A stretch of 57,382 bases of DNA, filler included, from Barthelona sp. PAP020 (lineage: Eukaryota), in NCBI GenBank assembly GCA_040182905.1. It is 3 parts of 3 records of this genome, joined end to end, with 100 filler letters (N's around TTAATTAATTAA, not from the genome) between each part and the next. Parts side by side here need not be neighbours in the genome. Positions count along the whole stretch, not along the records: positions 19,256 to 38,334 come from JARQWU010000213.1; positions 38,435 to 57,382 come from JARQWU010000215.1; 1 more part is not named here. The stretch is one strand, 5' to 3'. The notes beneath the pieces are model-generated. The model did no database searches, had not been told where the DNA came from, and saw only the letters and a program-made list of their open reading frames with translations. A program made the position numbers and the translations under genes. This document shows positions 31,369 to 41,578 of the stretch, one piece after another. Numbering within the stretch: position 1 is the stretch's first letter; each line of letters begins with the position of its first letter.

Positions 31369-31634
31369 GAATGAATATTCATTCGAATAAACAGGTATAA
31401 GGGTTTTTCTTTTAATTCATATTTTTTCACTTTAAAAATGCATTAAATTATATTAAATCAAATTTTATAGTGTCGTCAACCCTTCAAATTAAAAGTTTTT
31501 ACATTTCGACAAAAGTAAAAATATTTCCAGATCAAAAATTTTTTGACCATTTGACCTACATAGAAATCCATTGAAATTTCAGTCATGAAACATTATTCCT
31601 TTTTTTATTTTAGTTAAAATTGAGTGACCAACAA

Positions 31635-33152
31635 ATGACTGATTTTATTGACAACACAGAAAAATTTGAATCTGCCGTTCAAAATGCTAAAAACAACAAC
31701 ATTTATTTACCCACATATGAACAATTAAAAAATCCAAAATTGATTCCTGACTCTATTAAACAACGTTTAACTGAATTAGGTGTTTGGGATATTGATCCTG
31801 CTAATCTTTTTAGAATTTCTTGGTATAATGAAGCGAAATTGCAAGGTTCTTTATACAATGAATTACCTAATTACGTTGAATTGCCTGAAATTATTACTGG
31901 TGTAAAAGCTCGTATTGTTGTTATGTTCGGTAAGTATTTCCCCACTGGAGCTCACAAAGTTGGTGCTTGTTTTGGTCCTTTGGTCTCCAGATTATGTACT
32001 GGTAATTTAGATCCCCATACCGAATTCCCTTTGTGGCCTTCTACTGGTAATTATGCCAGAGGTGGTGCTTTTAACTCTACCATCATGGGAATCAAGCCTA
32101 TTGTTGTTTTACCTCAAGAAATGTCCCAAGAAAGATTCGATTGGTTGGAAAAGATTGGTGCTGAAGTTCATGCTACTCCTGGTTGTGAATCAAACGTCAA
32201 GGAAGTTTTTGATAAAACTAAGGAATTAGCTGCAGATCCTAAGATTATCAGTTGCAACCAATTTGAAGATTTTAGCAATCCTACATGGCATTATTATTGT
32301 ACTGGTGATGCTTTGAAGAGTATTTATGATGCTTTAGCTGATGAAAATGATAGATTTGCATCATGTTTCTTTACTTCTGGTTCTGCTGGTACAATGGCTG
32401 CTGGTGATTACATTAAGAAATTCCACCCCACTATGAAATTAGTTTGTGGTGAAGCTTTGCAATGTCCTACCATCTTAAACAATGGATTTGGTGGTCATAG
32501 AATTGAAGGTATTGGTGATAAGCACATTCCCTGGATTCATAATGTCAAATCTACTGATGCTGCTGCTGCCATTGATGATGAAGACACTTACAGAATTTTA
32601 AGATTGTTCAACACCCCTGAAGGACACGAAGTTCTTAGAGAAGCAGGTGTTAAAGAAGAAGTCATCAATGTTTTGGAAAATTTCGGTATTTCTTCTATTG
32701 CCAATCTTTTGGGAGCTATCAAGACAGCTAAATATTTTGAAATGAATGAACATGATTTCATTATGACTGTTGCTACAGATTCAGCTCTTATGTATCAATC
32801 AAGATTAAAAGAAATGCAAGAAAAGGACGGTGATTTCACTAAATATCAAGCCCTTTTCAATTATCAATATTCTTTGTTGGGTCAAAAGGAAGACAATTTC
32901 ATTGACTTGCACTATCGTCAAAGAAAGAGAGTCCATCATTTGAAATATTATACTTGGGTTGAACAACAAGATAAAGCAGTTGAAGAATTGAATGAGCAAT
33001 GGTATAACAACAATTATTTCATTGACAGATTTGAGGAGTACAAAAATTATGAAAAATACATCGTGTATTTCAATAAGCAAACAGGTTTGATGGAAGAAAA
33101 TGAAGATGAATATCAAAAACAAGAATATGAAAAGTATTTCGGCACTCAATAG
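31635..33152 (+). CDS. Fold-type II PLP-dependent enzyme (tryptophan synthase beta/cysteine synthase superfamily), bacterial-like
   Basis: FPTGAHKVGA (PLP lysine), WPSTGNY, MSQERF, GSAGT phosphate loop, HRIEGIGDKHIPW; ATG 31635. Confidence 0.88.
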   Translation: MTDFIDNTEKFESAVQNAKNNNIYLPTYEQLKNPKLIPDSIKQRLTELGVWDIDPANLFRISWYNEAKLQGSLYNELPNYVELPEIITGVKARIVVMFGKYFPTGAHKVGACFGPLVSRLCTGNLDPHTEFPLWPSTGNYARGGAFNSTIMGIKPIVVLPQEMSQERFDWLEKIGAEVHATPGCESNVKEVFDKTKELAADPKIISCNQFEDFSNPTWHYYCTGDALKSIYDALADENDRFASCFFTSGSAGTMAAGDYIKKFHPTMKLVCGEALQCPTILNNGFGGHRIEGIGDKHIPWIHNVKSTDAAAAIDDEDTYRILRLFNTPEGHEVLREAGVKEEVINVLENFGISSIANLLGAIKTAKYFEMNEHDFIMTVATDSALMYQSRLKEMQEKDGDFTKYQALFNYQYSLLGQKEDNFIDLHYRQRKRVHHLKYYTWVEQQDKAVEELNEQWYNNNYFIDRFEEYKNYEKYIVYFNKQTGLMEENEDEYQKQEYEKYFGTQ

Positions 33153-33554
33153 GTTCTTTGAAGAAAAGTCAACTTTTGGCAAAAGGATTAGCTTCTTTCA
33201 ACAATAAAAAAGGATTGTCTTGTTTTTTATTTTTTTGAATCGGGCAAGTTTTTGTACATAGACTTTCGTTTTGATCATAATTCTCAGTTTTGGAAATTTT
33301 TTTTCTTTCTTTAATTATATTTCAGTAAATGTTACTATAAAAGGATTTTAAACGTTTATTCTATTTAAATTAATAAAAGAAGAGGTCTTTAGAAAAGCGA
33401 AAATTCTTTGACTTGATATTGTTTTGAATAATTAAAAAAAAAAGGCCTATCAATTATAATGACATACTTAATCGTTAATAAATGGTTTAAAGCAAACAAG
33501 ACATTGTGAGGTTTGAAGACAATCCTTTTTTTCTGTATTTAAACTTCATCAAAA

Positions 33555-35003
33555 ATGGATAATTCTGTTATCATCACAACAATATGTGCATTAGCATTGT
33601 TGCTTGGGTCAGTTGTTTTGGATTTAAGAAGGAATGTTCGAGGATATCCTGAACGTTTTATCAGAATAAGAACAGCTACATGGTTATTAATGGGATTATC
33701 ATATGCTGTATTATTTATGGGACGTTATCATTGGTCGAAATTAAATCAAAAGGATATTTTTCCCACTTTAAATCAAAATGATATATCAACCATTATATCT
33801 TATGGTTTAGTGGCTTATGCTGTTTCAATTATTATTAATGGGAATCTTATTGATGTTATTGGTGCAAAGATTGGAATGTGTTTGGGTACTTGTGGATCTG
33901 GTATCATGAACATTGTTATTTATTATATACTAAAGGCCAATTTCGAACATCAAGTTTTTATTTTAATTGTTGCCAACATGTTCAACAACTTTTTCCAAAG
34001 TTTTGGAAGTTTATCTATTTGCAAGGTCGGAGTATATTGGTATCATCAAAGTGAACGCGGATTTTTTGGCGGTATTTTTGGTGTTGTTGTTGGTTTTGGG
34101 TTTTTCTTGGCATTTAATATGATTGGGTTTATATATCAACAAACTGATTGTAATCAACCCTTTCTTGTTGCTGGACTTGTAATGTTGATCTTCTTTTTGT
34201 TGAATTTGTTCTTTTTGAAGCCAAAACCAACTCTCTATGGTTTTGCTGCTATTGAAGGAACTGAAGAAACAAAAAGATCACCCAATGAATCAGTATCTTT
34301 CCTTGATGCTGCTAAATCTATCTTTTCAAAGCCAATTTTCTATTTCTTCATCGTTATTGAAATGTTTGTTGGTATGATTAGAGATGGAGTGTTGAGTTTT
34401 GACAATTCTTGGATGGATTCCTTTTTTGCTCCAAGCATTGTTAAGGTTGTACACCCAGAAAAACAATTGGCCGATTTCCTTGTCACTCTAGGTTCTATGT
34501 TTGGTTCTTTGATATCAGGGATTATTTCCGATGTTGTTTTTGATTCAAGAAGACAACCTGTTGCTTTGTTGGGAGTTATCAGTTATTTGGCTAATGTTGG
34601 TTTGATGCTTTTTGCGAATTATATTGGAAATCCTTGGATTGCAGCAATTTCTGTTGGTATTGCTACTATATCTTTTTCTTCGGTTCATGGAATCATAACA
34701 TCCACTTGCGCTATGGATTTCGCTGGTTCTGCAGCTACTGGAACAGCTGTTGGTTTGTTGGATGGATTTCAAAAAGCCGGGTCAGCTTTAGGTACCTCTA
34801 TCATGAAAGGATGGGTTATTTCAAAAGAATTTTCCCATTGGATGTACTTTTTGGCTGCGGCTGCCTGCATTATTATTGGCTTACTATTGATAATTTTAAA
34901 TCAAACAGCTAGTTCATCGGGAAAAATTATTGATAATGAAGAGGCTCCTCTTATTGATGATGAATTGAATGAAAATATTGGCTCAGTTTTAAAAGATATT
35001 TAA
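33555..35003 (+). CDS. MFS transporter, organophosphate:Pi antiporter (GlpT/UhpC/SLC37)-like
   Basis: YAVLFMGRY, G.LID.IG motif A, WY..SERG.FGGIFG, SGIISD..F.SRRQP, GTAVGLLDG. Confidence 0.85.
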   Translation: MDNSVIITTICALALLLGSVVLDLRRNVRGYPERFIRIRTATWLLMGLSYAVLFMGRYHWSKLNQKDIFPTLNQNDISTIISYGLVAYAVSIIINGNLIDVIGAKIGMCLGTCGSGIMNIVIYYILKANFEHQVFILIVANMFNNFFQSFGSLSICKVGVYWYHQSERGFFGGIFGVVVGFGFFLAFNMIGFIYQQTDCNQPFLVAGLVMLIFFLLNLFFLKPKPTLYGFAAIEGTEETKRSPNESVSFLDAAKSIFSKPIFYFFIVIEMFVGMIRDGVLSFDNSWMDSFFAPSIVKVVHPEKQLADFLVTLGSMFGSLISGIISDVVFDSRRQPVALLGVISYLANVGLMLFANYIGNPWIAAISVGIATISFSSVHGIITSTCAMDFAGSAATGTAVGLLDGFQKAGSALGTSIMKGWVISKEFSHWMYFLAAAACIIIGLLLIILNQTASSSGKIIDNEEAPLIDDELNENIGSVLKDI

Positions 35004-35129
35004 AATAAAACAATTTAGTTATTTTTGTTTGGTTTTTGTCAAGAAAAATAACATTTACATAATTGATGAAAACCAAATTTTGAACCATACAAGACATTTC
35101 CAGAAGCATTATTTCTAATCCAATTTCAG

Positions 35130-35212
35130 GTATGGGTAGCCAAGTTGGTCTAAGGCGCCAGATTAAGGCTCTGGTATCTCCGGATGCGCGGGTTCGAATC
35201 CCGTCTCATACA
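35130..35212 (+). tRNA. tRNA-Leu(AAG)
   Basis: Acceptor GTATGGG/CTCATAC-A, D arm AGCCAAGTTGGTCTAAGGC, anticodon arm CCAGA-TTAAGGC-TCTGG, long variable arm, T arm GCGGGTTCGAATCCCGT, downstream T6 terminator. Confidence 0.97.
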
Positions 35213-35351
35213 AGTTTTTTTAAGGAAAAAATGAAACGGAGGATCGAGTCTCTCATTTCATGAATTTGCAGTTCAAAATTCACAAGATTCACATCTTCAA
35301 AACTGAAAATGATCAAAAAAAATGCTTTTATAAAGATTATAAGATGAAAAG

Positions 35352-35470
35352 TTGGCTAGTTTATGATTGTCAATTCACTCGACAAAATAATAAACATTTG
35401 ATAAAAGCTTTTACTGTTCAAGGTTAGAGTTTGGGTTACTTGTCACTTGTCTGTTGTGCGTAGATTGGTT
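35352..35470 (+). repeat. Dispersed repeat family C, copy 1
   Basis: TTCAC.CGACAA.AATAATAAA...AAAG.C.TTTA.TGTTC..GGTTAGAGTTTGG shared with 38621-38740. Confidence 0.7.
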
Positions 35471-36252
35471 CAGAACTCTCCTATAAAAAAAGAAGGAAGG
35501 TTCTTTCCCAAGGCCAAACTTAAGCAAAATAGTGATATAGGGCTGTTTAGAATATTGTTTAATTGACCTCATTTATCAATCAGATAAATTCACGTTCTTT
35601 CATTGTGTTCCGAATTAAGATAATTCTGATTGGAAACCCACTTTTACTTTACTTTCAGCTTGTGTTACGTTTATATTCTTATTATAAATTATTGTATATG
35701 TATTGGATCATATTTAACAATCAGAAGTGCTTTCCGGTAAAGTAAAAGTTGACTGCAGAAATTTTGTGGCATAAACCTTGAGTATTCAAAGATTAAGACT
35801 GTAGAAACTTGCTTAACTGGCATGATGTCAAGTATTAGTTGATATACATTAAAGCATCACATTCCCCGTTTAGTCTTCTTGTGAATTATCCTCTGCGACA
35901 TATGACAATAATGAATTCTCAAAAGGACCTCTATTGCTCACACGCTAAGTTTTACTGTACTTGCAACTGGTTCGTTTGTGTGGATCGTTCATAGCACCTT
36001 AAAGAGAAGAAAAGCTTTATGTGTGGATGGGGCAGTTGCCTGCAGACAGGTGTGATACTCTTCTACTTTCTTTTGATATACTTCATCTCGACAAATACAC
36101 ATCCATCAACATCAGAAAGTGAATGAAAAACTATAAACATATTTACATTATTTTTTGGATGAATCTGTCGGTTTCACTGTGAAAATATGCTTCACAGAGC
36201 ATAAAAAAAACAGACATTATTTGAAAGCAGTAAAAACAGAATAATTTCAACT

Positions 36253-37860
36253 TCAATAAAAAGTGTCATTGGGCATGTACTGAGGTGGTGAATAAACAAC
36301 GTTCTGCATATCGCCATTATTAACTTGCATTTGTGGCTGTTGATCGAAATAAGTGGATTGTGGGAACTGATTTGGTCCTAAATTGTCAAAACCAAAATTT
36401 TGAGTGTTCTCCGGATACATTAGCCCTCTATCAAACTGCGGAACATATGGCACTTGATTTGCCTGATGTGCATATAAATTGGAGTGAGATTGATAATGAG
36501 GTTGTGGTTGAGGTTGATGAGAATGTTGTGTCAGACTTGCATTCTTTCTCTTCCTGCCACAACAACAAATTGTCAAACAACAACCTACAGTTAAAGACAA
36601 AACAAAAATGACAAGAATTTGAGGTAAATTACTGAATATAAAGTTTGATACTGTTGGTTCAACAGGTAATAAAGGAGGAACAGGACTGACTGAAGGCATT
36701 TGTGTCGTGACATATTTAATTCCAATCTTAGGAACATTATCAACAATTATGTTCCCATAATCATCTAGAAATAGTGAGAAATAAGCAGTGTATCTGCTAG
36801 TCACAAGTGTAACAACACCAAAACGCTCATAATTATGGGGATCACCAGAGACGATATATTCAACACCTGTGTTCAACGAGTACTTTGAGACTCGACCTGG
36901 ATCAACATATGATTCATATCTAATGTATGGATCAGCTTCAACGTCACACAAACTAAACCAATTGTGTCCAACGGCAAGCACAGGGGATGGTAATACAAAG
37001 TAATTGTCCAAAGAGACTTGTTTCTTTATCGAGAGCTTAGAGTTACTTTCCTCAAGAACTAGTGCCACCTTATCATATCCAAAATCTTCACAGTAAACAA
37101 CAAAGTACCCATCAACCCAACTACCAGAATTACAAGTGTGTGCACTGTTTTGATCCAAAGAATAATCTTTGCTAAGAGAACCATTGAGTACACGGATTTT
37201 CAGCACATCGTTTACAGTGTAAAACATGTAGTGGTCTTTGAAGTCAAAGGCTCTGGCATAGTAAACATCATTTTCATATACGAAGTTGCCCGTTTCCACG
37301 TTGAAACCAAAAACATACGTTCCACTGTAATATTCACGTGTTATGGAACCATATATGATATTGTCAACAAAACTCAATAATCCTGTACCAAAAGAGTAAC
37401 TAGATTTAATCTCAACCATTTGCACATATTTGCATTCTTGATCAGACGAATAATCTGTTTTCCGAATTTCTAAGAAGACTCTTTTTAAGGAATCAGCCAT
37501 CGTTAAATAAGCAAATTTTTGGTACTTACTAGAGACTGCGGGTGCAACTTCTAACAAACTGTATATACCCTCATAATGATAACAATTTAAAACAGGTGTT
37601 GACTGGCTCATATCAATTACACGAAATCCTAACTTCGATTCATATGAATATGTAGTTTTTCTTCTTGAATGATAAACCAATAAATTTTCATCCCCAACCA
37701 ACAACATTTTTGACGAGGAGAAAGAAAAATCAGTGTATAAATTTGTTGCAGTTTCCGATAAGTAAATCGTACCATCTGGTTGAAATAATGTCTCACAAAA
37801 ACCACTAATAAAGCAACATAAAAGGAATCCTAATGCAATAAGGTAATTTTCTCCCGTCAT
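36253..37860 (-). CDS. Type I membrane protein: signal peptide, beta-rich ectodomain, TM plus Cys cluster, Q/P-rich tail with PPxY
   Basis: MTGENYLIALGFLLCCFISG; TM ILVIFVLSLTVGCCLTICCCGRKRK; tail ...YSPPQY. Confidence 0.7.
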   Translation of the reverse strand: MTGENYLIALGFLLCCFISGFCETLFQPDGTIYLSETATNLYTDFSFSSSKMLLVGDENLLVYHSRRKTTYSYESKLGFRVIDMSQSTPVLNCYHYEGIYSLLEVAPAVSSKYQKFAYLTMADSLKRVFLEIRKTDYSSDQECKYVQMVEIKSSYSFGTGLLSFVDNIIYGSITREYYSGTYVFGFNVETGNFVYENDVYYARAFDFKDHYMFYTVNDVLKIRVLNGSLSKDYSLDQNSAHTCNSGSWVDGYFVVYCEDFGYDKVALVLEESNSKLSIKKQVSLDNYFVLPSPVLAVGHNWFSLCDVEADPYIRYESYVDPGRVSKYSLNTGVEYIVSGDPHNYERFGVVTLVTSRYTAYFSLFLDDYGNIIVDNVPKIGIKYVTTQMPSVSPVPPLLPVEPTVSNFIFSNLPQILVIFVLSLTVGCCLTICCCGRKRKNASLTQHSHQPQPQPHYQSHSNLYAHQANQVPYVPQFDRGLMYPENTQNFGFDNLGPNQFPQSTYFDQQPQMQVNNGDMQNVVYSPPQYMPNDTFY

Positions 37861-38023
37861 TCGCTTCAAAAACAAAGAAAAAAATAATCTCCAATTTAAT
37901 TGTTTCCAAGACAAAACCCATTATGATTTAGACACTTTCATTTATATACCATTCATTAGTCATATTTATTATAACATTAAAGCGTTTAAACAGTAAAAAA
38001 AAAACACATGTTTACAAATTAAT

Positions 38024-38334
38024 TTAGTGAATATTAAATACTGTTGTCAAGATGTAAATGCCAAATATAGATAAAGGATATACTAACATAACAGGAATAA
38101 ACCACCAGACTTTGATATTTTTTAATTTTACACCAACAACAGACATAACAATCATAACAACCATGGTTGTGGCAACTTCAGCTGTAAAGTCCCAAGCAAT
38201 TTTCTTCCAATATACAAGCCCTAACATCAGACCAAGACAAAGAGTATTATTCATTGTTGCAGCACCATAAAGGGCCGAATAAGTTAAAGTGATGTTTTTG
38301 CGACGACGACGCTTGGCAAAAGAAATAGAGGCAA
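38024..38334 (-). CDS. NCL-type Na+/Ca2+ exchanger, C-terminal fragment, copy 2 (inverted paralog of 19257-19559)
   Basis: Same motifs; 6 conservative aa differences from copy 1. Confidence 0.8.
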
Positions 38335-38434
38335 NNNNNNNNNNNNNNNNNNNNNNNNNNNNNNNNNNNNNNNNNNNNTTAATTAATTAANNNNNNNNNN
38401 NNNNNNNNNNNNNNNNNNNNNNNNNNNNNNNNNN
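38335..38434. other. Artificial contig linker
   Basis: N44-TTAATTAATTAA-N44. Confidence 0.97.
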
Positions 38435-38620
38435 CTGGTGTAAACTGTTACATACTTCCGTACAAGTATTGAAACCTGTACGAGTTGGATATGTTCAGAT
38501 GTTGAAAATTTCGCTGTACCAGCTCAAAAATTCACGTCAGGTACAAGAAAAGGTATACAAAAGCTTTTATATACGGAGTATTATTGAAATGGATGGTTGT
38601 GAAAGCCTTGAATTTGAATC

Positions 38621-38740
38621 CTGGCTGTTTGAAATGACTTAGTTCACACGACAATAATAATAAATGCTTATAAAGACCTTTATTGTTCTCGGTTAGAGTT
38701 TGGCGGCACTTGGAACTGAGTCGTTTTGCGTGAAATCCGT
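38621..38740 (+). repeat. Dispersed repeat family C, copy 2
   Basis: Matches 35352-35470. Confidence 0.7.
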
Positions 38741-39229
38741 CCGCTTTGCTACAAAGAATTGTTGAACAAATCTTCTCATTCTCTTTGAATTTGGATGCAC
38801 AACATTTTGCATTATTCCAAATTCAGTGTAAATTTTTTTCCATATTATGTATTAAAGCACTCAGTTGAACAAAAAACTGTTAAACATGTTAAAGTTGTCT
38901 ATTTACGAAGCTATTTGCTTTGTTACTAAATTCCACAGAATTTAAAAGCGGGAAGACATGATACTTAGCATTAGGTTTTTATTTTATTTTTTTTTAGGAT
39001 ACAACAGAATAAATGTTGAAATATTGCTTGGGGCAAATTGAAGAAAGTTGCATTCCTCAATCCTGAATATATTAAAATGTGTTTTTGTCCATTTTCCAAC
39101 TAAAGAAACATCCTATGAAAAATTAAACAAAAGTATGGAAAAGTTGAGAAGATAATCTCAAATAATAAAGACAAGGCCAGGACATTACCTATTTTGAAAA
39201 GTGTTTGATTAATCCTCGTTGTCACATTT

Positions 39230-39442
39230 GGCACTGCAATATTTTCATACACCACATATGATAGCTCTCTCTCGGCTGATCAGTCTGTGAAATAGAAGAG
39301 TTAGGACTGAGAGGTTCTTGAAAGGAACGCTCTCCCCCTTCCCCTCTCCGATATAAATAAAGACAAAGGTTTATTGATATTATACAATCACCAGAGGCAC
39401 TAATTCTCAAGTGAAATTTTTGTAAAACGCTTCGTACAAACG
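39230..39442 (+). repeat. Dispersed repeat family B, copy 2 (5'-truncated)
   Basis: ...GACTGAGAGGTTCTTGAAAGGAACGCT...CCGATATAAATAAAGACAAAGGTTT...AATCACCAGAGGCACTAATTCTCAAGT matches 31170-31368. Confidence 0.85.
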
Positions 39443-39512
39443 AAAAATAAAGAAATGAAATTTTACCGGAAAAAAAATGATTTCTGCAACAAAAACATAC
39501 TTATTCTCATGC

Positions 39513-41324
39513 TCAAATGTATTCAAAAGCATCTATAAAAGAAAGTTCTTGACAATTATTTTCTTTGCACATTTGGACATGGGTATTTTCTGAGATTCCG
39601 AATTTTTTCAAATCTCTCGCAATTTTGTTTAAAATTGATGAATCTTTCGAAGAAAGTAGTATTGATAACAACCACGGACCATGAAATTGCATATTATTGA
39701 ACTTAAAAGTGACATTTTCAGTAATCCAATTGTTTTTAGAATCAAAGGGAAATGAATAAGCTTTTTTCAAACCTTCATTGAGATTTCCTAATTTTAAATG
39801 CTTTTTAACATCGTTCATTGCATGGATATACATGTTTGCAAGAAGACTAACCGATTGATTCGACCAAATATTAACTCTTTGAGAAAATTCATATCGTTCA
39901 TTCATTTCATTCAACTCATAAAAATACTCTTTTTTGATTTGTAATTCATCAACAACCATATTTGATCCAGAAGGTATAAAACCAATTCTTTTCAACAAAA
40001 TTAAACAATGTTTGACATTGACTGCATTAAACAATCCTTTTTTGAAAATATTTACAGTGAAATCAAGCGGTATTGGTGTATGTTCAATAACATTAAAACA
40101 ACTGTCATTTAATTTTGCCTGCTTCATATTCAATATTAACAAAACTTCATCATAATTCTTATATTGAAGCATCCTAAGGATATTACCCTTGTTTAAACTC
40201 TCTAAAGGTATCATTTTGTAAAAGCCACACAGTATACACAAGTCACTACCAGAATATCTATCCTTTCCAATCTTATAAATGTAATTAAACGGTTCATTGG
40301 GTATATTAAGATCAAGATTCATTGTATCTATCGTATCAATGACCTTTTCTTTCTCTAAGCTTTTAAAATAAAAAAAAATCAACGCATCAATAGCATAACG
40401 ATAATCTAGTCTACTCACTTCATGTCGACTATAGCAAATATTGAAAATCTCTTCAACATGCAATATTTTTAAAGCATTAATAAAACTTTTGCAAAAACTT
40501 TTTCCCAACATCGAACATTGATTGTTGTTCAGATAATCTAACCAATAAACAAGACCATTCTTTGCTTTTTCTTCATCAAAACCATATTTAATGTTCAAAT
40601 TTTGATTGTAAACAGTTAATAAAAATTGATTTATATTTGCAGGCAAAATCAATCTTTCAAAAAGTTTTTTGACTAAATCTTTCTTTTTTTCTTCTAATAA
40701 ATGTAACAATGTTATTGTTGGAATTTCTATTTGATTCTCTTCACACAGTTCAATCAAAGCATTATCAAAATTTGAGGGATCAAACACTGACCCTTTGATT
40801 AAACGAGGTTGATAAATCATAGATTTTATCCAATCTTTAACAATAGGCTCTTTTAAAAACATTATAGGCACTTTAAAATGCTCTAAAGTCCAAGAATTAA
40901 AGAATTGATAAAATTGATTGATAGAATTAAATGGTAAAGTAAATCTGGATGAAGGAGAGACTAAAGATAATATTAAATCATTATCATAATTTAAATATTG
41001 AAACCAAAAAGGTTTATAAATCCAATCATAATATACAAACCTTTCAACAATTTCATCGACAAAAAATAATCTAGTTATCGATTTAGCATCATTAAGTGCA
41101 ACATTAAAACGAAAAAGAAAATTCCGAAGGTCAAAATCAAAATCACTCAGAAACATATTACATTTGCAACAATAATTATTATTGAATTGTGAGACCTTAA
41201 ATAATTTTGTAAATCTGTCTAAACTTGTCAATCGACATTTTGAACTAATTGAGTGACATTTTAGACATCTTTTCAATTTCTCTGTATTAAATAATCTAGG
41301 CATTTTAAATATAAAACAATCCAT
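39513..41324 (-). CDS. Hypothetical protein with N-terminal CxxC...CxxC pair
   Basis: ~600-codon ORF; start uncertain (ATG 41324 or 41303). Confidence 0.6.
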   Translation of the reverse strand: MDCFIFKMPRLFNTEKLKRCLKCHSISSKCRLTSLDRFTKLFKVSQFNNNYCCKCNMFLSDFDFDLRNFLFRFNVALNDAKSITRLFFVDEIVERFVYYDWIYKPFWFQYLNYDNDLILSLVSPSSRFTLPFNSINQFYQFFNSWTLEHFKVPIMFLKEPIVKDWIKSMIYQPRLIKGSVFDPSNFDNALIELCEENQIEIPTITLLHLLEEKKKDLVKKLFERLILPANINQFLLTVYNQNLNIKYGFDEEKAKNGLVYWLDYLNNNQCSMLGKSFCKSFINALKILHVEEIFNICYSRHEVSRLDYRYAIDALIFFYFKSLEKEKVIDTIDTMNLDLNIPNEPFNYIYKIGKDRYSGSDLCILCGFYKMIPLESLNKGNILRMLQYKNYDEVLLILNMKQAKLNDSCFNVIEHTPIPLDFTVNIFKKGLFNAVNVKHCLILLKRIGFIPSGSNMVVDELQIKKEYFYELNEMNERYEFSQRVNIWSNQSVSLLANMYIHAMNDVKKHLKLGNLNEGLKKAYSFPFDSKNNWITENVTFKFNNMQFHGPWLLSILLSSKDSSILNKIARDLKKFGISENTHVQMCKENNCQELSFIDAFEYI

Positions 41325-41578
41325 GAATTTATCAATTAATTGTACTAACCATCCTCTTTTAACAGTATGATGAAAAGAAAGATTATAGGAATTTTGCACT
41401 TAAAATACTCCCTTTTATATTGGTTACATGATGTATCCACAAAGAAAATGTAAAAACAAATCTTTCAACAAAAAGTTTTTTGTGGGCAAAAAAAAAGACC
41501 GTGAATAAATGTTTATGTCCAGCTTCCAGCTAATCTTTAAATTAAAGCTGGTGGCATCCAATAAAGAATCAAACCAAA

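Noticed and set aside
39270..39310. Hammerhead ribozyme in repeat family B (CTGA...GAAA)
   Set aside because: Core CUGANGA is absent (CTGATCA, CTGAACA) and not conserved in copy 3
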